From an uncultured Candidatus Bathyarchaeia archaeon (GTDB lineage: Archaea; Thermoproteota; Bathyarchaeia; Bathyarchaeales; Bathyarchaeaceae): DNA of 45,365 nucleotides. Every line of letters starts with the position of its first letter. Position 1 is the stretch's first letter. The notes beneath the pieces were generated by a model. It was given only the letters and a program-made list of their open reading frames with translations, was not told the DNA's origin and searched no databases. Below are positions 36,672 through 45,020 of this stretch, piece by piece. The stretch covers positions 1 through 45,365 of the forward strand of contig CAYFWY010000002.1 of assembly GCA_964346895.1 (NCBI GenBank), written 5' to 3'. The position numbers and the translations under genes were made by a program.

Positions 36672-37166
36672 CTATGTTATGTGGCTCGAAAGGTCTAGGA
36701 GACAAGCTTGTGCGTGTCCTTTTACCTTTACTTTTCGGTATACTTTCTTTATAATCCCCTTTTCATCAATCAAGAAGGTGGTTCGTTCCGTTCCCATGAA
36801 AGTCTTACCGTAGAGGCTTTTCTTTTTCCATACTCCATAGAGGCTCAAAGCGTTCCCTTCTGGGTCGCTGAGCAACGTGAAGGGCAAACTATGTTTTCGC
36901 TTGAACTTCTGGTGTGATTGAATGCTGTCTTTGCTTACGCCAAGGATAATTGCGTCCTCTTTCTCAAAATCTTTTGCAATGTCCCTGAACTCAATAGCCT
37001 CTTTGGTACATCCAGGAGTTCCGTCTTTAGGATAGAAGTAGAGCACTACTTTCTTGCCTCGGTAGTCACTCAAAGAGACTTGTTTTCCATCATCAGCATA
37101 CAAAGTGAAGTCCGGAGCCTCTTCTCCCGCGCTAACCAAAGATAATCGCCATATACATCGTGGCAT
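36672..37166 (-). CDS. bcp: Peroxiredoxin, Bcp family (second copy, host-like GC)
   Basis: 'APDFTLYADDGKQVSLSDYRGKKVVLYFYPKDGTPGCTKEAIEFRD'. TTG at about 37139 is an alternative start. Confidence 0.85.
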   Translation of the reverse strand: MPRCIWRLSLVSAGEEAPDFTLYADDGKQVSLSDYRGKKVVLYFYPKDGTPGCTKEAIEFRDIAKDFEKEDAIILGVSKDSIQSHQKFKRKHSLPFTLLSDPEGNALSLYGVWKKKSLYGKTFMGTERTTFLIDEKGIIKKVYRKVKVKGHAQACLLDLSSHIT

Positions 37167-37615
37167 TCTTCAAATTTAAGATCTATCCTCTACAAGCGAT
37201 TGGATTTTAATACTCTTTCTAAACCTAGAATTGAGAAACAACAATGGATAATCCTGTAAAGAAGGGTGTTTCTAGACACAAGTTAGCAAGAACAGTTTTC
37301 ATAATCATTTTGGAAGTGCGCGCGGATGTTAAGGAGATTTCGGAGTAATCGTTAAATAATATGTTTTTTGAAGATTTCGATCAAACTTTCTCTTTCTAAG
37401 ACCGCTTTATACCATGGATACATGTCCATAGTCTATTTTTTCTAGCTTTTTTTCGCAATTCGGTATGCTTAAGTATGCTTTTTTATGTCTCTTGGTCTCA
37501 CGAACCTTTATATTGATGGTAAGCCTATATAGAAAGCAGATATGTCTAATAAAGGACATATTGTACATGAGTTGAACTGAAAAACTGTAGAGCAGAAATA
37601 CATGAGGAAAATGAA

Positions 37616-38011
37616 ATGCCGAACACACAAAAAATGAGGAAGGTCCAAATCAAACTCATGAGAGGCCTTCTAGACCTCGTGATCCTCCAGTTCTTGAAGG
37701 TGAACCCGATGCACGGATACCAAGTCATCACCAGGATCCGCAAGAATTTTGGGGTTTATTTCGGCCCCAGCACTGTCTATCCCCTGCTAGGCGAATTAGA
37801 AGAGAAAGGATACATAAAGAGCCAGTGGGACTTAAACAACGAACGACCTCGAAAAGTCTATTCTCTCACACATGACGGACAAAGTCTATTGAATGGCACC
37901 GAAGAATCATTGAATCATATATGCCGCAGACTTGCGAACATAGGATTGAATAGACTATCCTTTAGCAGCAAAAATAATGGCATACCAAAGAATCCCCAAA
38001 GATTATATTAG
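37616..38011 (+). CDS. PadR-family transcriptional regulator
   Basis: 'LVILQFLKVNPMHGYQVITRIRKNFG..FGPSTVYPLLGELEEKGYIKSQW......RKVYSLT.DG'. Confidence 0.8.
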   Translation: MPNTQKMRKVQIKLMRGLLDLVILQFLKVNPMHGYQVITRIRKNFGVYFGPSTVYPLLGELEEKGYIKSQWDLNNERPRKVYSLTHDGQSLLNGTEESLNHICRRLANIGLNRLSFSSKNNGIPKNPQRLY

Positions 38012-38330
38012 AGACCTTTAGAAACAGTAGGGCGATCAGTAAGATCAGCGCTTGTTCTCAGATTGTCTATTTCCCATTTTTTACAACGAACGGGCAAAGG
38101 TACTCTGTATTAACTCTTCCATAATCTAGGAAACTGCACAACTCAAAAAATTAGGAGTTTTGGACGCCAGTGCAATGTGTGCATTTTCTAATATAGAATT
38201 TCTGGTTTGGTAAGATTTTCAGAAATTCTATTCTTTCTCAGTTTGGCTTTTGAAAATTGAAATTCTTTGGTTTTCCCGGCGATTAAGAGTGTACAATCGA
38301 TAAAAGTTATGGCAAAGTGTGTTTTTGGCA

Positions 38331-38675
38331 TCACGTGTGCACACGCTTACGCACTGCATCTATGTATTCAACGAATATTAGGTCATCCTTTTCTGAGTAA
38401 TATTTGAAATCGCTTCCAACTTTCAAGTAAAGTTGTTTCATTATTTCTGTTTCGAGAATTTTGGCCCCATACCCGAAAATCTCTTCGATAGCATTGGTAA
38501 ACTCTTCAATTTTGTTGGGAATATCCTGCTTTTTTACGGTGAAATTCTTTTCCAAGTAGAAATAGATCGCGTGTTTCGATGAGTCGCCCAGTGGAGACAG
38601 CGCTGCATCTACTGCTTCCAATAGAAGCTCTTTGAAGTCGCTTTTACGCCGTGATTCTAAGATAGACAAGGTCAA
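38331..38675 (-). CDS. Hypothetical protein
   Basis: ORF with TTG start. No recognised motif. The C-terminal 'VRKRVHT*' is encoded by an alternating Pu-Py tract. Confidence 0.4.
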   Translation of the reverse strand: MTLSILESRRKSDFKELLLEAVDAALSPLGDSSKHAIYFYLEKNFTVKKQDIPNKIEEFTNAIEEIFGYGAKILETEIMKQLYLKVGSDFKYYSEKDDLIFVEYIDAVRKRVHT

Positions 38676-38691
38676 TGATTTAGCCTCATAG

Positions 38692-38732
38692 TGTAGTTTT
38701 GTAGAACTGATCGTTTGCTCTACTAAACTACA
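38692..38732. promoter_or_regulatory. Imperfect 14-position hairpin (8+5 bp with one T/T mismatch) immediately upstream of the 38675 start
   Basis: TGTAGTTT-T-GTAGA (38692-38705), a 13-nt loop, then TCTAC-T-AAACTACA (38719-38732). Confidence 0.35.
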
Positions 38733-38776
38733 TATTGTATCGTATGATTTAATATAGCTCTTATTTCCAACTTCAG

Positions 38777-38799
38777 CATATATCGAAACTCGATATATG
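38777..38799. promoter_or_regulatory. Perfect 10-3-10 inverted repeat CATATATCGA-aac-TCGATATATG, a candidate operator
   Basis: Read directly from the sequence. Lies in the 540-bp spacer between 38331..38675(-) and the Lrp/AsnC gene 39219..39707(-). Confidence 0.4.
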
Positions 38800-39218
38800 T
38801 ACTCAAAGAGACACTTTTCCTAGGGCCGAGCAAATAAATTTTTTATAACATCAAAATTTCACAAATATTCCCCAATCAAGAGCAACTCTAATCGATTACA
38901 GGTGTGCAGCCATGTGAAAGTAGCCCAAGTGTTCTACTTAGACCTGCATGCATTTTCGTTGTTGGAGAAATCAATCAAGTGGTGAATAAGAAGAGCGAAC
39001 GGCATATTTGAGAAAGTTAACGAAGATTTGCCTAGGATTCCGTGATTTAAAGAAGTGGAAAGGTGATACCAGCGGCAGTAGAGGTTCCAATCTGCTAACA
39101 AAGAGGTCATCTTGGACCAGATTTTTCGTCTTTCCGATCATAGATCGCAAGTATCTAATTGTTTTTCAACATTTGGGACGTCGAATGTGACAAGAGTGTA
39201 GGGGGCAGGTTTAGTTTT

Positions 39219-39707
39219 CTATTTTTCTTGTTCTGCCAAGTATTTTAGGGAGAAGGGTTTGGTGCTTTTTCCTTTGAGGCTGATAAGAATTGTGTCGTAG
39301 CCTTCTATCTCGTCGTTCCATTCTGTTAGGTACTGTGAAAGGAAATCAGAAAAATCTGTGTAATCCTTGTGCATAGAAATCATCACTCCATTTTTTCCCA
39401 TTCCTTCGGCTCTAGCTGCACATATTACACTTGGTTTTGCCATCGTCGATTCTCTCGCTCTTTCAAATAACTCAGGCTTCATTCTTGTCTTCGTACAAGT
39501 TATTGCCATGAGCTCGTACCCCATTTTCACGAAATCAGGTATCACAGTAAATTCCTTTATGATTCCCTCCCTAACGAGTCTACTTCTAGTCCTGCTCACA
39601 GTCGGCTGCGACACACCTAGAACCTTAGCTAATTCCCTATCACTCCGCTTAGAATCCTTCAACAACTCAAAAAGAAGACGCAACATTCCCTTTTTCATTT
39701 GAAACAA
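39219..39707 (-). CDS. Lrp/AsnC-family transcriptional regulator
   Basis: 'LLFELLKDSKRSDRELAKVLGVSQPTVSRTRSRLVREGIIKEFTVIPDFVKMGYELMAI' is an HTH followed by a RAM-like domain. Confidence 0.8.
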   Translation of the reverse strand: MFQMKKGMLRLLFELLKDSKRSDRELAKVLGVSQPTVSRTRSRLVREGIIKEFTVIPDFVKMGYELMAITCTKTRMKPELFERARESTMAKPSVICAARAEGMGKNGVMISMHKDYTDFSDFLSQYLTEWNDEIEGYDTILISLKGKSTKPFSLKYLAEQEK

Positions 39708-39974
39708 CTTCTTTGAATGATTTAACTTTTATTTAAATTAATACACATATATATTTTTTCATCATACTGATTCTCTTTTCGGAGTCCAATTTTTTCTCTA
39801 ACATTTTGTATTATTAGAACAGGATCAAAAGCCATTCTTTATCTAGACAATAAGTGACTAGAACAATTTTAACGTTATCTCAGCAAGAAAAATTGTCATT
39901 GATTCAAAAAAATATTACAATCTTCAGAAATCTTTAATAACGTCTTGTGCTTCAAAAGTTAAACGGTTATTAAA

Positions 39975-40166
39975 ATGGTCAGTGAAGCAAAAGGAAGACT
40001 ATTCCGAAGAAAAGACGGCAAGTATCTGTTGTACGTTCCAAAAGACCTAGCTGAGGATAGCATGTTCCCCTTCAAAGCAAATCCAGCGATTAAGGTCAAA
40101 ATCAACTTCGAAGTCGGAGACGATAAATTAACCATAACGAAATATGAAGAGGAACCCGAAGATTAG
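39975..40166 (+). CDS. Small hypothetical protein (possibly AbrB/SpoVT-like beta fold)
   Basis: 'GRLFRRKDGKYLLYVPKDLAED...IKVKINFEVGDDKLTI'. The pattern is only suggestive. Confidence 0.35.
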   Translation: MVSEAKGRLFRRKDGKYLLYVPKDLAEDSMFPFKANPAIKVKINFEVGDDKLTITKYEEEPED

Positions 40167-40394
40167 CTTTCTATAGCAGCGCCGATTGGTTTCAATGCTG
40201 CAAAACCATGATTTGAGCCCCCTCCAGTAACCCTCAACAAACTGGCGATTCTACTTGCCTCAAAACCTAACCAGGTACCCATATAAGGCCGAAAAATAAC
40301 AAAAATCTTAACACTGCCATCAACCTTAAATATGATTATGATTCTTGCAGCTGCTTTAGTCAGTCATATAAAGACAATCCTAAGAACCAATACG

Positions 40395-41471
40395 TTAAGT
40401 GTTAACTTGCAAAATTTTAGTATTATGTAGGGTCCGCGCAAGATAGGTTTCTAACAAGAAAATTACGGAAAGGTAGATTAACATCCAAGCTATGAAGAAG
40501 AATTCGCCATAAAATTCATGGAAAGTCGTAGCGATTTCTGGTCCGCTGCCAACCCCAGCTACGAGGATCGTCACTATTCTTAGAATATTGATGAAGAAAG
40601 TTCCAGCTGCACCCACCACGACATAGCATATCTTTCTTCCTAGAGGAATGTAGGTGCCCTTGAGGAACAGCAGAATCATAAAGGAATATATAAAAAGGCT
40701 ATGGACCCCCGCACAAGACCAAGAAATGATGGCAGAATAGGAGTTCTCCCCGCCAGTCTCCGCAACCGATAGCCCCAATCCACTTTCCCCGGCCGAAAAT
40801 ATTTGAGTCTCATAGCCTAAAAAACCTAAGATAGAAGCAGCTGCAGAAACTGTCATTGGAACAAAAGCCTGTAAAATCGTTAGGGTTCCATACGGATAGA
40901 AAGTGTCAAGCGTATAAAAGATGCCTACAGCTCCCAGAAAGAAGAAAGAAAGAGTAAAAACCTTCAGTCCCTGAATCCCATACAACAACCAAATTGATGC
41001 AACAAAGAAGACTGTAAATAAGAGATATTCGAAGGAGAAAAGCCAAGAAACGTCTAGGAACCATCTACCATAACGCTCAAAGGGCACACCAAGGATCGTT
41101 CCCAACTCCAAAACACCACCTCTCAAACCGAAAACAAATACACTCAACACATACAAGGTTGGGAGGATCAAGCCTACTGCCGCCACCATCATCTTTTTGG
41201 TCCAAAAGAGGCTACGCTCTTCTCTTAGTCGCTCACACCCAAGGATAAACTCCAAGAAAAATAACCAGAGAAAGAGAAGATAAGGGGCTCTACCTTTCCA
41301 CATATAATCAAATGAAAGTGGGTCAAGCAGGTAAAGCACTAGAAGCGGCAAAACAAAAGAGGCAAAAAGAAAAGCATTCAGCAAGACAAAAGAAATGCCC
41401 ATTTCAGAAAGAAATTTCTTAATCCTATCGACTAATGACCTTAACATAAGGTGCTTACACCTTGAACACAT
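40395..41471 (-). CDS. Archaeosortase/exosortase-family transpeptidase
   Basis: Polytopic membrane protein with three family hallmarks in order: 'SWSCAGVHSLFIY' (Cys), 'FFINILRIVTIL' (Arg) and 'TFHEFYGEFFF' (His). Confidence 0.7.
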   Translation of the reverse strand: MCSRCKHLMLRSLVDRIKKFLSEMGISFVLLNAFLFASFVLPLLVLYLLDPLSFDYMWKGRAPYLLFLWLFFLEFILGCERLREERSLFWTKKMMVAAVGLILPTLYVLSVFVFGLRGGVLELGTILGVPFERYGRWFLDVSWLFSFEYLLFTVFFVASIWLLYGIQGLKVFTLSFFFLGAVGIFYTLDTFYPYGTLTILQAFVPMTVSAAASILGFLGYETQIFSAGESGLGLSVAETGGENSYSAIISWSCAGVHSLFIYSFMILLFLKGTYIPLGRKICYVVVGAAGTFFINILRIVTILVAGVGSGPEIATTFHEFYGEFFFIAWMLIYLSVIFLLETYLARTLHNTKILQVNT

Positions 41472-41546
41472 ACTTTTACAGATTAGACACAGACCTTTGC
41501 GGTCTTAAGGTTCTTATGATTTGCGGAAGAAACTCCCACGGAATCC

Positions 41547-41558
41547 ATGCGCGCGCAA
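41547..41558. repeat. Alternating GC palindromic motif ATGCGCGCGCAA
   Basis: Intergenic, 76 nt upstream of the archaeosortase start (41471, minus strand). Identical 12-mer to 1053 and 44982. Confidence 0.9.
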
Positions 41559-41706
41559 GTTGAATAGAGAGTATCCTTCATAATTCACTTGCAATCTTAG
41601 GGAGGCCCTCACCATAAGATTTGGAATTAGTCCTTCTTCACATCATACATAAGGCCTAATAGTCTCTGTGCGATACAAACGTCAGTAACGAGTGGAAAAT
41701 CTAAAC

Positions 41707-42831
41707 TTAAGTGACGGTTTCATTCCAAAATATTAGTTTTCTGTATCTCGACGCGTTACTGTAATCTTTGCCATTTTCATAAATTATATCCAGCTCAAGT
41801 ATGTAATCTTCCATCAATGTGTTAGCGTCATTCCATATTTTGTTCGAAAGTTCGTCTGCTTCCCACAACCCCCAAATCGTATCAGTTGGTCCACGAAAAC
41901 CATAGCCGTAATCTTTTGGAAGAACATAGGCTACTCTGTCACTCATCAGATCAATAACTCGAGGGTTACTGTTTGCGTAACGCCAAAACTCTCTTAAAGC
42001 TTCCAAGTGTTCTTCCTCCAAAATTCCATAAGTTGAAACCTTTGGATAATTGAAAACCACGATATATTTTGCTCCAGCATCGTAGGCCAAGATCAGATCG
42101 TTGTAAAGCTCTTCTCCTGACTCTATGTACGGTGGATCCCAATATGTCCAAGTAATCATTACCCCCCAATCTTTATCGTGCATCTTTGCTGCGCCTCTGT
42201 TGAGTGCAACATTCAGCAGTCTGCTGTGGTTCCATCCAAACTCGCAGAGAACTACATCAACCCCGGTTTTGTAGTCAAACCAGTAGAGAGCATAGTCAGA
42301 GTTAAACAGGGAGAACTCACTATCCAAAATAGGGTAACTTGGAATATTCTTCAAATATTCATTCAACTGCCAAACAAACTTGTTGGCTGCATCCGTGTAG
42401 TTACCTGCTTCTTCCACCAGCATATAGGGATCACGATCTATTTGGCGCCCTCCAGCTTCGTCACCAGCGTACACTCCTAGAAAACGGTCACCCCATCTCT
42501 GCCTAGCATCTTCGACCCATCGAGTCTGATTAGAGTCTTCAGTTGGATGCGTATAAACAATGAAGTAAAGCTCACTTTCGTAGACGTACTGGCAAACCTC
42601 GTTGAGTTTCGTAACGTTAAAGGTTATCCCTAAGCTGCCTATTACAAAAAGATTCGTATAGGACTTGACCTCGTCAACGAGTCGTTTAATGTCCTCTACA
42701 CCATCATAGGCAGCATCAACACCGAAGAAAAAGGCAGGCTCCGAGGAATCCTTCAAAAGATTAATGCCTAAAAATAGAAGAAAGATGAGCATGGAAGCGA
42801 GAAAAACAGCTAGAATCGCTTTATACTTCAT
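41707..42831 (-). CDS. Secreted or membrane-anchored protein of unknown function (N-terminal signal anchor)
   Basis: 'MKYKAILAVFLASMLIFLLFLGINLL', then a ~345 aa soluble domain rich in W/Y/D. No C-terminal sorting signal. Confidence 0.55.
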   Translation of the reverse strand: MKYKAILAVFLASMLIFLLFLGINLLKDSSEPAFFFGVDAAYDGVEDIKRLVDEVKSYTNLFVIGSLGITFNVTKLNEVCQYVYESELYFIVYTHPTEDSNQTRWVEDARQRWGDRFLGVYAGDEAGGRQIDRDPYMLVEEAGNYTDAANKFVWQLNEYLKNIPSYPILDSEFSLFNSDYALYWFDYKTGVDVVLCEFGWNHSRLLNVALNRGAAKMHDKDWGVMITWTYWDPPYIESGEELYNDLILAYDAGAKYIVVFNYPKVSTYGILEEEHLEALREFWRYANSNPRVIDLMSDRVAYVLPKDYGYGFRGPTDTIWGLWEADELSNKIWNDANTLMEDYILELDIIYENGKDYSNASRYRKLIFWNETVT

Positions 42832-42948
42832 CTACCTCACAATTCAACTGATATTCAGGTTTACCAAATTTAAGTAATATGCACTGCCCCGACGATGTAT
42901 TCTTGATATTTTAAAAAAAAAGCTGAGGCGTGCGAATTTTGTGCCTTT

Positions 42949-43263
42949 TTAGTATAATAGTGCGTGGATCTTGTTTCCTTCTCCGGCTAGTTGGAAAGCA
43001 CTTTCCAGTTCCCTAAAGTATTTGAGTACGGTCCTACCTCTTTCTGTGGCCATGTAAACTATTCTTGTTTTGTTTCTTTTCTTGCGGATAATTTGTTCTT
43101 CAATGAGGTTCTGTTGTAGTAAGAAATCCAAGTATTGTTTTAGAACGCTACAGTTTACATTGGCCTTATACATTATATGAGTGAGCTTTAATGGTCCACG
43201 GCGAGAGAGAATTCTAAGGATGTCAACATACATTTCCAATTTTGATCTTCTCATATTCAACAC
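42949..43263 (-). CDS. Small winged-helix DNA-binding protein (archaeal HTH_45-like)
   Basis: 'KLEMYVDILRILSRRGPLKLTHIMYKANVNCSVLKQYLDFLLQQNLIEE.......YMATERGRTVLKYF'. Paralogous in pattern to 14915..15151. Confidence 0.6.
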   Translation of the reverse strand: MLNMRRSKLEMYVDILRILSRRGPLKLTHIMYKANVNCSVLKQYLDFLLQQNLIEEQIIRKKRNKTRIVYMATERGRTVLKYFRELESAFQLAGEGNKIHALLY

Positions 43264-43994
43264 ACTACATCTTACATATTCCGCTCATTGAGCCTATGAG
43301 CCATGCAGCGTCTCTGCTTTTAGCTCTCGTTTTTTCTTTTTGATTAGCCACCTTAAATGAAAAGAGTAAAGGTTCATCTTTTGAATGCCTAAAAATCATG
43401 CTTCCTCCCTTATTGTAGGTGCCTAAGTAGTTACAACAATTACGCCTAAAAGGCTTGTTAAGTGCCAAGGATATGTTAGCCCAATATGTTCATTGAGGAT
43501 AAACAAGCCAATGCCGAAGAGAAGTGTCATGTGTAAAAGAAATTGACCACAAGCGGGAGAAGAAGATTGCCGTAAACATGCAAAAATGCGCCCTTTCATC
43601 CATGCAAGATTTTTGATTTTTGTTCTGAGAAAGTGTTAGCTTCAAAATAGCGGTAACCATCAAATCAAGCTTGAAATTCGATTATCTTTATATTGCATTT
43701 TGTATTGTGTTGTTAATGGAAAAGCGTTTGTCGCATCTTTGTCACGCTCAACTGTGATCACATATGGCTTTCATCCACTTCAACTACGCGCTAACTGAAA
43801 TTCTCAACCTGGGCAAGCTGCTCCAGTGTCTAGCGCAATGTAACCAATGAAAAGTTAAGGTTTTCTGGCAAATTAATCAGCTTAAACATACAAATCGTAT
43901 TATATGTTCATGTATTTTCTAGATAGGATATATGTCATAAACTGAAATAATTGAATAATATATTGGTAAGAATTGGTTTTCATAGAGAGCCAAA

Positions 43995-44603
43995 ATGAAT
44001 CTTATCCAACTTCTCCTATCAGAAAGTCTGAGAAACAGAAATCCCCAAATAGAACTGCAAGTTTCAGACAAAAGACTGCTGCGCACAGCCAGTGAAGACT
44101 TGATGAATTATTTTATGTTTCACTGGAAGATGACGAGCCAAGAAATAACTCAACTTGAATTTAAAGAACGGATCCGCAGATATCTTATTGAAGAACCAGA
44201 AGAACTCAAAGAGTTTTTGAAAATCTGGTCCGGACTTTGGATGAAAAAATGGAATGAACGGGTTAAGCCTGTCACAGAGACCATAGAATCTCAACGTCTA
44301 GAGAAAAATCGCAAAAGACTAAATCAAGCTGAACCTTTATGGAACCAACTTAGAAGCCGAACCCAAATCAAAGACATTATTACAGAAGCTCTAATTAGAA
44401 ATGGAGAAATCTGTGGAACATCCATCCTAGCTGAATATCTACTCAAAACCGAATTGGCGTCAAGGATGGAAAGAAGAAATCCCACAAATTCGCTTCAAGA
44501 TCTTTTAGACATCACGAACAAAGCGCTAAAAAGAGCGAGAAATCTTTCTCGAACTAAGGGAAAAACAATCTTTATCATAACCAGGAAACCACGCCTCAAA
44601 TAG
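43995..44603 (+). CDS. Hypothetical protein
   Basis: 202-aa ORF, helical and charged. No recognisable motif. Confidence 0.4.
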   Translation: MNLIQLLLSESLRNRNPQIELQVSDKRLLRTASEDLMNYFMFHWKMTSQEITQLEFKERIRRYLIEEPEELKEFLKIWSGLWMKKWNERVKPVTETIESQRLEKNRKRLNQAEPLWNQLRSRTQIKDIITEALIRNGEICGTSILAEYLLKTELASRMERRNPTNSLQDLLDITNKALKRARNLSRTKGKTIFIITRKPRLK

Positions 44604-44670
44604 CAGCAAAGCGTGGACCTTTAGTCTTAATTTCGTAAAAATTGGTCTTTTCCCATAACTGAGAGGTTCT

Positions 44671-44856
44671 CTATTCAAGTTCGATTATTGGTGGTTTCTT
44701 CCAAGCATGTTTACGCTTGAATTCTCTAAAATGTTTACCTATCCATCCTTTCAAATCGACTGGTATCTTATGATCTCTTTCTAGATGTTCTTTTCTCTGC
44801 TCTCTCGGAATGGTTAGACCGCAGTATTTACATTCTATCAACAGTTTTCCGGTCAT
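44671..44856 (-). CDS. Small C2H2-like zinc-finger protein
   Basis: 'CKYCGLTIPREQRKEHLERDH' fits C-x2-C-x12-H-x4-H spacing. Confidence 0.45.
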   Translation of the reverse strand: MTGKLLIECKYCGLTIPREQRKEHLERDHKIPVDLKGWIGKHFREFKRKHAWKKPPIIELE

Positions 44857-44981
44857 AGGATAATAACCTCTACAAGTTTCACTACTTTTCTAGCTGGATA
44901 CTCGATTAAAGTTTTTGATGCTATATTGGTTAATGCAGTTGAGTTCAGTCCAAATCACCTACCTGGCAATTGCCCTCCTAA

Positions 44982-44993
44982 ATGCGCGCGCAA
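44982..44993. repeat. Alternating GC palindromic motif ATGCGCGCGCAA
   Basis: Intergenic between 44856(-) and 45021(-). Confidence 0.9.
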
Positions 44994-45020
44994 GAATTGA
45001 TGATGTGTAAACAACATTAG

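Noticed and set aside
43265-43468. 67-aa minus-strand ORF abutting the wHTH gene
   Set aside because: It has no recognisable features or start-site support. It could be a real upstream cistron, but the evidence is insufficient.
44994-45012. C-box-like TGATGA next to the GC motif (possible C/D-box sRNA)
   Set aside because: The preceding base is T, not R. No CUGA D-box or terminal stem lies at the expected distance.
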